Assembly (NCBI GenBank): GCA_035084275.1
Contig: CM068745.1
Span: 35,092,001-35,156,000, forward strand
Direction: 5' to 3'
Source of the DNA: Hydrolagus colliei
Taxonomy: Eukaryota
DNA: 64,000 bases
Shown one piece after another: positions 1 through 13,085 of the stretch. Both the position numbers and the translations under genes were made by a program. Position 1 is the stretch's first letter. Each line of letters opens with the position of its first letter. The notes under the pieces were generated by a model. It was not told the origin of the DNA and did no database searches. It was given only the letters and a program-made list of their open reading frames with translations.

Positions 1-1169
1 TTTCATTCCTGGCAGTATAGAGATGTGGGTGGGTTAGCTCAATAATGTATACTACTCAATCTACCCCACTCTTGTCAATTGTAGCACAAGACCACAAACA
101 TTCAGTGTTGCCATTTATATTTCAAACTATCTTGAATTTAATGTTAATGATTTAATTAGCTCCTGACAATTACAAATCAAATCAGGTCTCAGTTTGGTTT
201 AGTTGCTAGCAGTTTCCCATGTGGGTCAAAAAAATGTTGCTTAAAGCTTTATATCAGGAGTATGACATTGTTAAAGATATCCTTCCTTGGATGAGACATT
301 AAACTGGGGGAGATGGGGACGATAAAAGACAGCATAATTTCAAAAGACTTTCTTCAAACCTACATTTCTCCACATCAATCAGTCATTCGCCTCACATGTT
401 CAAAAACGCTTCTGTGTTTACATACTAAATCAGACTGCACACTTAATAATACTTACTATCAAGTATTTTGTGATGTTTTGAAGCAAAAGGTACTATAAAA
501 ATGCAAGTTCTTTTTTACACCATGTTTTATCGATTGTTCTCTCAAGGTTAAATTGTGGACCCTGAGCTTCATACTATTGTGCTGATTTGGGGTGTGGGGC
601 AATTGTTTCTCAAGCTAGCAAGAATACAGTATTCGAAAGGAAATTATACAAACAATGAAAAAACTGGGAGTGAGCAAGGTCTTCCAAAAATAACTGCACG
701 GACGTCTCCGTCTCAGGGGGCTGCTGATAAGACACAATTGTATATGTCAAGAATCATTTAGGCCGAAAACACTCACAACTGATGTTTAAAAATGCATGTC
801 CTGGGCCAGTGGTTCTCAAACTAATTTGTTTGATGGCCTCATAGTGCATAGTCACCATTTCTTAACGGTGGTCACGGTGCTAGTTTTTTTAAAAACTTTC
901 GGATATCTATAAAATATAAAAATACTACTGTAACTACTCTTATATCCTAGTATCAAAGCAACCTCTTATTCACCTCATTCCGGTACTCGTCACCATCTTT
1001 GAAAATCCAAGCTTGGTCAACAGTGGGCAGTGATTGTTTCACAGTGCATATTATGCAAAGCAATAGATTGCAAGTTTATTCACGTAATGGCTCTTAACCA
1101 ATGAGCCCATTACTACGTTACCGACTGTTGGATAACCTTTTAGGAGGAAATAGACAATTAATAATATAT

Positions 1170-1535
1170 AATAATAACCATTTCATTTGGTATAGCACCT
1201 TATTGCATCTTCGAGGTGTCTCAATGCGCTTCACAGAATATATTGCAAAGTGATTTGACTGTGTAGTTTGTGGGCGGACTGTGGCAGCCAACTGTACACA
1301 GCAGTGTCCCACAAACAGTCGTGGATTGAGTGACCAAATTGTTATCATTTTGTAATGGATTATTACTCCCAGTAAATTGATTCACCAATCGACTAACAAC
1401 TGGATTCCTCCTTACTGCTTGTAAACAGAGGCAGGTGGAGTAAGGAAGCTTGAGGAATGGTTCGCCCAGCCTGGGAATCAAAACCAAGTCCTCGCACTTG
1501 ATAGGCATGTGTTCTAACTAATAGGCTACAGGACT
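1170..1535 (-). mobile_element. tRNA-derived SINE (long variant)
   Basis: Reverse complement of the same head and tail, plus an extra central segment. Confidence 0.8.
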
Positions 1536-1700
1536 TCACAAATAACTGGGAACCATTGAAAGAAGACGAGGATGTATAAAAAGGGATCAAAACATCACAA
1601 AAGGTACTTTTGCTTAGTATCTTTTATAGTACCTTTTGCTTCAAAACATCACAAATAACTGGGAACCATTGAAAGAAGACCAGGATGTATAAAAAGGGAT
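1536..1700 (+). repeat. 52-bp direct duplication flanking a templated insert
   Basis: 1536-1587 and 1649-1700 are identical except for one base. Confidence 0.92.
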
Positions 1701-2394
1701 TCTGGAAGAACTAGTGAATGGAGTTTGATTTCATTTTTATTGTTTGAGTATAGGGAAAAATAGTTACCTTTATACCTGAGTTGTGAGAATCATTACACCC
1801 GTAATTCTGTCTTCTTATTCACGTAGACTGTAGCAATAATCTCAAATCCTGCAAATTGAACTGAAATCTTAAGGTTGTGCTGTGGTTAAAATGAGAACAT
1901 GTAAAATCATAACATAAAAGACAAAATACAAAAGCATTATAAATTAGCCATTTCTAAATATTTAGAAGAATACTTTTGAGTTATAGAAACAATTTACACT
2001 TTGCTGGTGGTTCACCGATGACAGCCATCTTTTAGCCAAGAGTGAGGTTCCTTATGATTAAACCTGGTTGAAGACTTCTGGAATTGCGTTAAGGAAAGGT
2101 GACTACAGCATTAGATACAGGTGGTAGTAGATTAACAACTGCATTGTGAACTGGTTCCATCTTTGAACAAAAGCCTTGTTCATAGTGTTCAATAACTATG
2201 TTCCCTTTCTCAAGAAAGAAATATGGAAAAAGTGTAAGAAGTTGTCTGATGAAATCTGGATAGCGATGGCCACTGAAACCACTGAGATAGGCTTAAATCC
2301 TTTACTACATCCTTCCTTACCATCAGCACTGTGCAGACATAGGCAACAATGACATTTTTGGGTCACAACGTTAAACTTTCAATCAAACTTGCAG

Positions 2395-2690
2395 CACTGA
2401 GGGCCTCCGCTCTACTGGATCCAACCTCTTCCTTGTCCTCTGAATCCTCTGCTCTACCATTGGCGGCCATGCTTTCAGCCACTACACCCCAATAATTTGG
2501 AACTCTGTCCCTCAACCCCTTCGCCTCACCCCCTCCTTCCCCATCTTCAGGTTGGCCCTCAAGACCTTTCTCTTTTTCTCACTTACAGTCATCCTGGCTC
2601 GGCCTCAGGCTCTGCCATCTTAAGGGCTCTGAGATGCCGCCTGGCATGGAGGGCACTATATAAATGATAGATGTTGTCGTTGACTATTGT
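2395..2690 (+). mobile_element. L2 3'-end fragment
   Basis: Pattern ggcggccatgctttcagc...ctttggaactc...aagacctttctcttt...catggagggcactatataaat, shared with 10410-10695. Confidence 0.75.
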
Positions 2691-2988
2691 AATCTAGTGG
2701 ATAATGGCCAGTATTGTCAGTACTGTTGTAATCGGCTTAGTGACCACAACCTTGTGCTTTCACTTTGTATGACAACCACTGTTTGGAGGCTCAAGTCTGC
2801 CAATAGCAGCTGCACACCTCAAGCTGTGTATATGTGTGTTTGTGTGTGTGTGGGCGCGGGTGGGGTTGCTCAAAGTGCAGGACACCATTTGTCTAATGCA
2901 GCTATTGCCCTAGACTATTTGAAAACTGTTCCCCTGCACAGTTTGCCTCCCCTCAAAGCTTCCTGTGAGATGTAAACAGGTGCAAATT

Positions 2989-3167
2989 CTGGATCTAGAT
3001 TTATTCTATTCAGGTAGATTTTATACAGTCTTAATTTTGAAGCTGGCTTTCTGTAAATTCTTTTCAGAACTTCAGAAAACCCACCTCAAAATTAACACTG
3101 ATTTCAACGATCTGTCAAATTCTGGACACTCCAAAATGCTTCACAAATAGAATAAATCTAGATCCAG
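2989..3167. repeat. Perfect 22-bp inverted repeat
   Basis: CTGGATCTAGATTTATTCTATT (2989-3010) is the reverse complement of 3146-3167. Confidence 0.9.
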
Positions 3168-4299
3168 GTGGAGTTTCTTCCCAATCCATACCAAATGAAG
3201 TTAGTGGTACAGTAGTCTGTTATAAAGCAGTTATATATTAAATTTAATTCAATAAAGTTATCATGAATAATGCGGCATGATTTCTTTTACAAAGGTTGTG
3301 AAGCTGTAAGGTAAAAATTAAATGGATCTTTATAGACCTGTTTTAGTCAATGCCGGTGTGTATTAAGAGCAGTCTTGTGCATTTTGGCTAGTTTTCAAAC
3401 TGAGCAGCTGAACAGAAACTAGATCCCATCTCTATACTGCTTTGTTGGTGATAGCTTCAATTTATGTTCAATCAACTCCTTGACCTTCTTCCTATGAAAC
3501 ACAAGATTCACATTTGCTTTAATCTTTATCACACACAATTGTTTTTCCAATGCCTGACAATGTTTTCATTCTATCAGACCTGTCACACACACGTATTGGT
3601 ATATGATAGCAAAGGCTTGTAACATATCAATGCTGATCCAGCCGGGTTTCTGTCACAAACCAGCGACTTGTCATTAAGAGTTCTGTCGCTGGCATTTGGG
3701 AGCTGCATACAAAAACAGCAAAGATTTCAGTCCTTGTTAAGCTCACCCTATGACAGCCACACCAAATTTAAATTACTGTATATTAGAATTTTTTTTAAAT
3801 TTCAGATTATCCAGAAGTGCTTGAGATGCCTAATGTCAGTGTAGAAATAGTTCTGAAATAATAAGGTGTGTACTCCTGTTAGTCTGGGATTTTGCACAAG
3901 CACCTCTTGTGTATAGACAGGGCCAGGTCTGTAGCTCCGATTTGCTGAGCAAATGAACACAGCTCACAGATTGTTTAACTTGTTGTCAGGTCACAGATAG
4001 ACATGAGAAACTTCAGTGCGCTGGGTGCAATTAAAAAGAGATCTATGTATTTTATTTACAGGTCTGCACAAATTCTTTTCAGTGGACCTGCAACTTGAAA
4101 GCTTTAAGACAACTCTTGTGACTAATCTCATTCAATTTATTACTGTAATCCTGAATTAGTATTTTTTTTAAATGATGAATTATATTATTATATTAAGACA
4201 ATTTTACGTAAAGGTTTGTATTAACATAATTATACTGAGGTCATAACATTTTGGGCTTCACTTAACAAAAAACATAGGGCTTTCTTTTTTCAGTGTGTG

Positions 4300-4895
4300 T
4301 GTGTTTTGAAGCAGTGACTTTTCAACAGGATGTGGTTTAGCATTGAGCAGCAAGCCTGGCCTACACCAGGTTTCCTGTCAGGCTGTGACTATTAAAGGCT
4401 GGTGCCGTTATCTGCCTGCTGTCAGGCCTGGCTAACGGTAAAACTGTCCTAGTGCCTCACTTCCTTGGTTTCTTACAGCATTTCCTGACCACAAATCGAT
4501 AAACCACTGACATGTTTGAAAGGGGAAAATCTTTTAAGAAAAGACAGGAAGCTGATGTTTAAACTCTCAGTCTCACAAGCTGACAAGAGAGAGAAAGCTC
4601 TAATCTTTCTAAAATTTGAAGCACAATAACCCTCAGCATCTGCAATCAAGGGCTTGGATAACCTGTTGTGAGAGACGACCAAGGAATCTATCCTGTCTGT
4701 TTTTACTCACAATGCAAAACCACTTTCTGCTACTACTGTACTTGTCGACTAAAGTCTGTGTCAGGATGTAAGCCTGGACTGCCTGTTGATCAAGTCGAAT
4801 TCACTGGGATTTTTTTTTACTAATGGTTGCTTTCAAACAGCTCTTTGTGTTGAAGTAAATTGAGGCAAAGGCAGCTCAAGACAACTTGCTCACCC
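4300..4895 (+). promoter_or_regulatory. Putative ARHGAP31 promoter / 5' UTR
   Basis: Non-repetitive segment upstream of the ATG with several ETS-type cores (CAGGAT/CAGGAA/TTCCT) and a RUNX-like TGTGGTT. The TSS cannot be located from sequence. Confidence 0.3.
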
Positions 4896-4998
4896 ATGAA
4901 GAACAAGGGAGCAAAACAGAAAACAAAACGCAAGGGTGCGAAGGAAGGTGCCTTTGGCTGTGACCTGACGGAATATTTACAGAACACGGGACAGGATG
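4896..4998 (+). CDS. ARHGAP31: ARHGAP31 (CdGAP) coding exon 1
   Basis: ATG at 4896 gives MKNKGAKQKTKRKGAKEGAFGCDLTEYLQNTGQD, matching the vertebrate ARHGAP31 N-terminus as I recall it (MKNKGAKQKLKRKG...FGCDLTEYL). GT donor at 4999, phase 1. Absent from the ORF track. Confidence 0.95.
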
Positions 4999-6354
4999 GT
5001 AATGTAGCTTTCTAATATTTCACTTTCTGCTAAGATTTCCTTCTCAAATGTCTGTGAGACATTGCACTCACTGGTGCTTCACCTTCAGTTACAAAGCTGT
5101 GCTTCTGTGTAATTGTAATTGAATGAGATGACTTACTGAGTTTATTTCACATCTGAATCATACCAGGGTGCTTGCATATGCTAACTTTAAAATTGAGCTC
5201 ACTTAGAGTAATAATTCATGTATTTTACAATCAGATTGTAATGTAGAAAATATTGAAATTTAAACAGATTACTATGTGCTTTTGGAGAATATATAATTGG
5301 TTGTGCAGCCAGCTGATTTTAAATCATTGCTTCCTCTGATTTCAAACTGTCAAATGTCTTCATATAGTTATTTTGCCATTCCATGACCTTGGTCTTATTC
5401 TGTTACCAAAGCCATTTGCACCTTATCCTAAGATGTTCCACAAAATATAAATACTAATAAAATGTGAGTGACTAAAATATTACATTCAAAGTAACCAGAT
5501 TCCACGCAACTAAAGTACAGTTTTGCCTTGTAATAAAGAAACCAAAACTGCAGCACTACAGAGTAACTTTGAACAAAACATGTTAACTCCAATACTGTAC
5601 TGAAATTAGAGTAATCAGCAAGCAGGGGCAATTTGTTAAAACAACAGGTTTGTGGCAATTGGAAGAGAACGTCTCTTGAGATATATTGAAGACGATATTA
5701 CAGGATCAATGGTAAGAGGTGTGGATAGTGGTCAGAAACATGGTCAGTAAAATGTTTGATTTTCTGTTGGTAAGAGAGAAAATTTGTTTCGAGTTAGCCT
5801 GTTTCTAAGCAGCTGGTGACCAGATTTTCTCAAGGACGTAATGAGACAGTAGAGAAGAGACAGGGTGGAGTTTGTGGCTGAAATTTGGCCCTATTTGTAG
5901 GTAAAAGCAAATAAACTAGAGATATTAAGCGACGTTGGACATGGCTGCTGAGTGTGTCCCAATGGTTCCTTGGAGATTCCATCGTGTTTACCTAGACAAG
6001 TTTTAGTCACCACTGAACCAACAATGGCTGTGTATGTGATTAATTGGCCATTGTTCAGACAGAGCTGTTGTTATTTGTCCAGAACGGGGAGGAAGGATTA
6101 AATCAATCTATCCTATTGCCTGGGGCATCCCTAGAGTTTGCTTCTATCATAGTCAGCACAAAACTTTATTTCCCGTTCATTCAGATGGGAAGTCAAACTC
6201 TTGTGTAATTACACATAAGTGTGAATTTTGTAGTGGAGCTTTTTCTTATATCGTCTCTAGAGCTTCACTAAACAAGTGAAAGCCACTGTTAAACTTCTAA
6301 TTACTCAAGAATGGTCTGGGAGGTTGAGTCACCCAATTGACTAGACTATCCTAA

Positions 6355-6720
6355 TCGGAATGGTATTTCTGGTGTTTGGGAGGGGGAGGGAAGCTGAAGG
6401 TAGAGTGGAGAAGGCAAAGCACAGGTTTGCTAGTGTAGGGAGCCAGCAGGAGTGTGAGGCTGGAGAAACTCAAAGGGATGAGGGATTTGTCCGTGAGGAT
6501 GAGGATCATGAGGTGGATTTGCTGGGAGACAAGTTCTCCAGTGGAGCCTGGCAAGGATGGGATTGTTGGATGTGCAAAGCTTGGAGCAGGAAAGAATGCA
6601 GGCAGCCAAGAGCTTAGATGAGCTGGAGCTTCCGGATGTGGAAGTGGAGAGGCTGGCGAGGAGGGCAATTGGGAACTTCAGTCAGAGAAGGGGTCAAGAG
6701 GACATCACAGCAGTGGGTTT
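6355..6720 (-). mobile_element. L2-like LINE fragment (EN-RT linker)
   Basis: Purine-rich on the + strand. Reverse complement resembles 53690-53990 (tctccactctaccttc...ccaaacaccagaaa, ctccaagctttg). Confidence 0.55.
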
Positions 6721-7085
6721 GATGACACCACAGCAATGGGTTTTATGCTTTGTTTATGCTCTGGGAAATAAAGTGAATGGAGCTCCAGCAGTACTGTACA
6801 CAGCATTGTGGAGCAGCAATTCTCATTGATCAAGGCCCAGCATCGCCTTGATTCGAGTGTTAAAATAAATCACTCCTTTGAACACATCTGGCTGTTTAAT
6901 AACATTGTGAATTTTTTTGGCCATTCACAATGTGAATTGATTAAAACAGCTTCCTGATGGAATGTAATGCTATAAGCAATGACACTGACCATTGTGTTTT
7001 CAACCTGCAATCTGTGCTCATACAGTAACAAGGCTTGCTAGTCTGTGGAGTTGGACTGTTGTCTCAACCATGTTCAACACTTGTT

Positions 7086-7390
7086 GAGTCCTGTAGCCCA
7101 GTGGTTAGAGCACTCGCTTCACAAGTGAGAGACCTTGGTTTGGTTACCAGCAGGGCGAAACCTTGGGCAAGTTTCCTTACTCCACACGCCTGATATTAAT
7201 CCCTCAAAAAAACAATAATAATTTTGTAACTTCAATTCACTACTGTTTGTGGGACACTGCTATGCGCAATTGGCTGCTGCATTTCACCCTCAGTGTACAG
7301 TCAATTCACTTTACCGTATATTCAGCGAAGCGCTTTGACACATCTAGAAGATGTGAAAAGCACTATATGAAATGCAAGGATTATCATTAC
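7086..7390 (+). mobile_element. tRNA-derived SINE (full length)
   Basis: Head gagtcctgtagcccagtggttagagcactcgc with A/B boxes. Tail gaaaagcactatatgaaatgcaaggattatcatta. Many copies in the window. Confidence 0.88.
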
Positions 7391-7959
7391 TCTTAAATAA
7401 TAACAGTGCTCTATGCAGTTTACCAATTCCCTGTGCCTTTGTCATACAGTGATTAAGCATGGAGTCTGTGAACAGGTAAGTGTGACTGACATGATTTAGT
7501 AACTTTTTTCCCAATCAATGCTTTTTTTATACACATTCTGCCTCAGCCTCCAATTACAACAACAATGATGACGAGGACGTCCCAAGGCACTGGACAATCA
7601 GTATTTCAGATTAAAATAAACTTATTTTCAAATGATTACAACATTTTACAGAGTTTAAATGTAGAGTGGGAGTTAGTTACGTTTCCATTATGAAATATAT
7701 TAACACGGAGGCATGCATAGGATGCAATTAAAGACTAAAAATAACAGTGGGAGTACAAGAGGAGCCGAGAGAAACCCCATAGGGCTAGTGCCTAGTCGCT
7801 GTGGGAACTATGGTACTCTCCTCTCGAAAGCACTCACAATAAGGAACTGCTTTATTGTTGTATTATCTAAGGCTGAGATAGGGTGAAGTTTATTTTAAAC
7901 TGTGAAAAATACTGCTATGAGAAGAGAGGAGGTTAGAGATTTAGGGGGAGGGTTGAAGG

Positions 7960-8330
7960 GATTTAACTAAAAGAATGAGGATCTTTAAGTCGATCCGCTC
8001 TGTGACAGGAAGCCAGTGGAGTTTGGCAAGGACTGTTGTAATCGGGGTGCGGAGTTTGCTGCGGGTGAGAATGAGAGCGGCACAGTTTTGGATGAGCTGA
8101 ATGTTGTGGATGGTGGAGGAGGGGAGACCGGCAAGGAGGGTGTTGGGAGTAGTCTAGCTGAGAGGTGACGAAGGGAAGGACCAGGGTTTTGGCAGCTTTT
8201 GGGATGAAGTATTGATGGAGACATACAATGTGGAGGAGATGGTAGAAAGTGGTGCTGGTCAGGATCCGGAAATAGGGGAGGAAGGATAACTGGCGATTGA
8301 ACTTGAAGCCTAATTTGGGCACAGGTTTGG
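7960..8330 (-). mobile_element. L2 LINE fragment
   Basis: Minus ORF contains AAKTLV..FVTSQLDY, the post-RT region of L2. Confidence 0.8.
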
Positions 8331-10409
8331 AGAGTGTCCACCACAATATTTGTCTGGAATTGATACAGAGATTTCAGCAGTGGCCATTGGCCAAGAAACA
8401 TATAGTGTGTATGTGCGGGCTGTGTCTCGGAGATGCGATTTTTATATAAAATATTGCAAATGTTCATTTCCAAGTTCTTTATCTTCAGGACAGTTTAAAG
8501 TAATTTCGGCAGAGCGCACTTTGCTAAACAAAGCTCCTGCACCTTTGACATTCTAAAGTTTCTATGTGATGCCACTGTTTTGGGAGACTCAACGAAAGAT
8601 AACATTTCATTCTGTCAGCCCATGTGCTTGGTTCCCACGGACTGGCTGTTGTGAGGGTGGAGTTGCTCCTCCCTGATTATCCAGAGGAAAACATGCATCT
8701 CATATTTTAGTAAAGGACAGCACTGTAGTCTATTTAAGGGTGGTTGACATCACAGACTACAAGATGAAAGCTCTACAGTTTAACATGCAATCAATCAATG
8801 CCTACCCCAATTACAATATTGCCTTAAATTCAGCAAAAACAATCTATAACTCTTATTAATACACACAAGCATCTCTGTTTCTTTCCGAAATCTTATTTTT
8901 AAGATGGCATTAAGATGTACTGGACTGTAAGATGGAGCATTGACTTTGCTACATCCTGTTTGTTTCAGGCAATGAATCAGAATTATTTAATTAATCCTTG
9001 CATTTATTTGAATTTGGTCCTGAAGGACAATAATTTTATGTTGTAATGTAGTGATGGACATGAATAGAAGTGGCTCAGATCACCTACAACATATACAGTC
9101 ACTACACTTTACAGTAAATCATGCAAAGCAATTTGAGGCACCATAGCAGATCCAAGAATTATTAATATTATAGAGAGGTGAGGAAGAGAGGGTAGAGGCT
9201 AGGATGGCAAGTATCCAAATGTTAGTCAGTAAATAGAGAACCTTGACTGTCTGTCAGTTCAAACAACACCCGTTTGTGGTGTAACAGAGCCTACTTAGAT
9301 CTCCTCTACCTGCCTCAGGCCAGTTGGAAGAGCCAATGCCAACAAGACACCTGCATGACCAATGTAACAACAGTTATACAGGTGAAGAGTGAGTCCTGAC
9401 CATCTGTTATTTTGTATAGTCTGTACAGCAGAAACCTCATTGTGACCAATGTAATAGTTTCACTGAGCTGCAGTAGACTTGAATGGCCAATCAGACTGCA
9501 TTTTGCTCCATGTTGCTTCTGCTTGGGTCCGGTATAAAATGTTCAAACTATCCCCAGGTACTATGCCCAAGTGCCCATTATTTTTTCATTATCCTTGGCA
9601 ACAACAAATATTTGTATTTATGTAGTGTCTTTCATGTTGTAGGATGTCTCGCACAGCTGATTGCCATCCAAGTTGCCAAGAGTTGAGCAAAATGCATAGT
9701 TAATCCTATATTTTTCTTGGTATTAAGGTTATATGAGTTGGTCCATGGATCAAATGAGCAGTCTATTGGATCTAGATTAATTGATAGTTAGCTGAGCAAA
9801 AATAATCAGAATGCACAGCAGAGAGTGCTGCACCAGTGAGCAGAGAGCGACATAATGTATAGCTTCGTTCCACTCTGTGTTCATCTGCGAAACCTACGCA
9901 TGCCAATTTTCAAGCGGCAACCTCTTTGTTGAAAAGTGCTAGCAAAATATTTCCTCCCTTCCCCCCATGTTTGTTAATGCAACAAAGCAATACATAATAA
10001 AACATGCCACTTGTCTCATCACTTGTCGGTCATAAGCAAAGAAAATAATAATAATTCTTGCATTTGACATTTCACAGCAGGCATCCACCTCAAAGTGCTT
10101 CATAGGGTTCACAGGGTTCAGTGTTACATTATAAGTATAGCGTTACATTATACAGTACATTGCTTCCCAACTCACATTATAGCAGGATTATGATCCCGAG
10201 CTAACTACCATCATGTAACTCTAGATATCCCACTGTAAAAGAAAAGATAGTTTCTACACGAGCGCAAAGTGGGAAGTAATGTTGGCGGAACTGACCTGAG
10301 TGGTTTTATTTTTTGTGTGAGAAGACAGAATGGTGACTTTCGGGTGAACAATGTCAATGTCAGTGACCCAGAAATTGGTCATTTAGTGCAAAAACGTGCA
10401 GTAAATTCT

Positions 10410-10695
10410 ACTGGGTCTGATCTCCTTCTTGTCCCCTGAATCCTCCATTCCACCTTTGGCAGCCTTGCCTTCAGCTACTATGCCCCGAGGCTCTGGAACT
10501 CCCTCCCTCACTCCCTTCGCCTCGCCCCCTCCTTTCCTATTTTCAGGTCACACCTGAAGACTTTTCTTTTCGACCGCACTTTTGGTCAGCACTTTTTTTC
10601 CCTCTCCCCTGGCTCAGCCCCAGGATTCGCTTTGTGAAGCGCTCTGAGATGCAGTCTGGCATGGAGGGTGCTATATAAATCCAAGTTGTTGTTGC
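10410..10695 (+). mobile_element. L2 3'-end fragment
   Basis: gccttcagctactatgccccgaggctctggaactccctccct...gagggtgctatataaatccaagttgttgttg tail. Confidence 0.8.
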
Positions 10696-11734
10696 AGATT
10701 AAAGTAACTATTCCTGTAAGTAAGCGCTTGGACTGTCTGAGATGTTTTCACTGCCTTATTAAATGCAAGATAGATAATTTATTTCCAGATCATTATTCCT
10801 TTTCCAAACATGTCAATAAACTAAGGTCCAATCTGTTCTTGTGATCCAAGCAGACATTAGAGATCTATTCCACCTATTTCAGGGAAGAGTAGGGAAGTGC
10901 TCTGACATGCTACCCTGCATAGAGGGCACTATATAAGTGTAAGTTGTTATTGTTGTTTCTCCCAATTGACCTGAGAAGGGAGAGAGAAGTATAGTATGTA
11001 TTCACATGAGGATGTTAATAATAGATCCAGCAGTTATGAGAGAGGGAGTAAGAGAAGAGTCGTTATATTGACTTATAATTCCTGATGGAAGAAGTTTTTA
11101 GTTAGTACTGAGCAATGTACGATTATTTTGTACGATAACCTGACATCTATGTTGTTTTGATATAATGAGGCCAAATATCAGTTTATCTATTGCATAAAAC
11201 ATATCGAGTTATTTTTTACATGTAAAAAGTGCTGTACAAATGTAAGTTATTGTTCATTGAAACAATGCTTAGATTGTTCGATTCTTGTACCAAAAGGGTA
11301 CCTTTTATGAAACTTGAAAGAAAAGCATTTTTTTTCCTCTTTGACCATTGCGTTCCATGACAAATCATTTATTTGTTATGCATCAAACCATTATGTCTGA
11401 TTCCGTGCAGCAACGTAACATTTGTTTCCTCAACCATGTTTTCTATGGGTTAGATGTTGATCTCTGACATCTACTTTGGGAAAACAATGGACGGACGGTT
11501 GTTGGATTTCTGACAAAAGTGTCTGCCTCATTTCCATGTGTGTTTTACCTTTCTTTGTGTAACAAACAGCGTTTGGAAATGGGCAGTTAGCCTCTGCGAC
11601 TCCTGTTCTAACTGTAAACACGTCTGTAATGCCCGTCATCATAAATTTCCTCAGAACTGTTTCCATTTGTTTTCCATTTGAATTTACTCTCTGCTTCACT
11701 GGTTTGGTAAAGCATTCTTTGCATATTACCATCA

Positions 11735-11995
11735 TCAATAACAACAACCAAATTACATTTGTAAAGCATCTTTCCCATCAGAAGGACATCCCAAGGCATT
11801 GAACAGTTGGAGATCAGGATCCAAGAATGGGGGTACAGCGTTGAGATGACGGTGGGCAGAAAGGTAGGAAGGTAGGAAGGCTGAAGGCACAGTCACAAAG
11901 GAAGGTCTTGAGTCATGCCTTGAAGGAGGCAAGACAGGGAGCAAGGTGGAGGGAGAGAATTGCTGAGAGCAAGAGTATAGAGACTGCAAGCACAT
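11735..11995 (-). mobile_element. L2 3'-end fragment
   Basis: Reverse complement of the same tail family (caacaaccaaattacatttgtaaagc...ggacatcccaagg...aaggtcttgagtcatgccttgaagg). Confidence 0.7.
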
Positions 11996-12739
11996 TAGGT
12001 AGAAAATACAGTACTAGGATATTAGAAAGATTTGAAGTGCAGATGATGTAACAGTAGTGAGGGGCTGGAAAAAGCATCAGGAAATGGTCACTAACTTTTT
12101 TTTCCTGTAGTTATTGTAATTGTTTTCCATTCTGTTCCCTGTGAGCCACTAACAACAGCCGGATTACAGGAAAATTGTCATCTTAACACTTTTTGGGTGG
12201 TAAAACAAGTGATATTCCTAAATAACAAAACAACAACACAATTACATTTGTATAGCGCCTTTCACATCAGGACGATGTGAAAATACATTTGGTTCCTTGA
12301 ATTCTAGAAAATGTGCAAATCTGTTGATGTTAACATATTAGATTTGGGAGTGAACTCCCTGACTAACCCACCTACCGCAGCTGCTCACCCCCGCCCCCCC
12401 AACCACATAAACACCTTTCGACAAGGGGCAATGATTTTGTTCTGCAGGCATTGCAGACTTCAGGCCGCGACAATTTTAATTTTTTTATTGAGGAGCCTGA
12501 GGCTTTCATTCACAGTGACCAATGCAGAGGTTTAACTTTCAGTATCAATTTTTAAGCCAATATCAGGAGAGGAAGCGTGTTCCAGATAAATTCACCGCAG
12601 GGATGTCTGTTATGCTTTGCTTTGTGTGAAATGATTGCCACATTTGCCTACAAATACAGATTCATTCTAGTTGACAGCAATTCCATATGCAGTGCTCTAG
12701 GATGTTTCCACATGATAAGATATTGTATCAAAGTCAAGT

Positions 12740-13085
12740 AAAATCGCAAAATACTGCAGAATGGATGGAAATCTGAAACAAAAACAGAAATCACTGGGAA
12801 CACTCAGCTGGTCAGGCAGCATCTATGGAGAAAGGAAAGTGAATCAATGTTTCGGATCCACAACTCTTCGTCAGAACTTTGGGTAATATTGGGTAACAGG
12901 GAATATTGGTCACTCAATCCACGACTGTTTGTGGGACTCTGTTGTGCACAATTGGCTGCCGCGGTTCGCTCATAAAACATAGTCAAATCACTTGACAGTA
13001 TATCCTGTGAAGCGCTTTGAGACATCTGAAAGAAGTGATAAAGCGCTATAATTACATCAAAAGAAAATCATTCGCAACACTTTGG
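12740..13085. mobile_element. Chimeric Penelope-pLTR(-)/SINE-tail(+) element, copy 1
   Basis: Colinear and highly similar to 52162-52478, including the junction. Confidence 0.8.

Noticed and set aside
806-880. hAT-Charlie MITE starting cagtggttctcaaact
   Set aside because: No matching right TIR or TSD could be found by eye.
7086-7160. tRNA genes at the SINE heads (also 33661, 46811, 52848, 60001)
   Set aside because: They have A/B boxes but degenerate stems, and each continues into a shared SINE body and tail.
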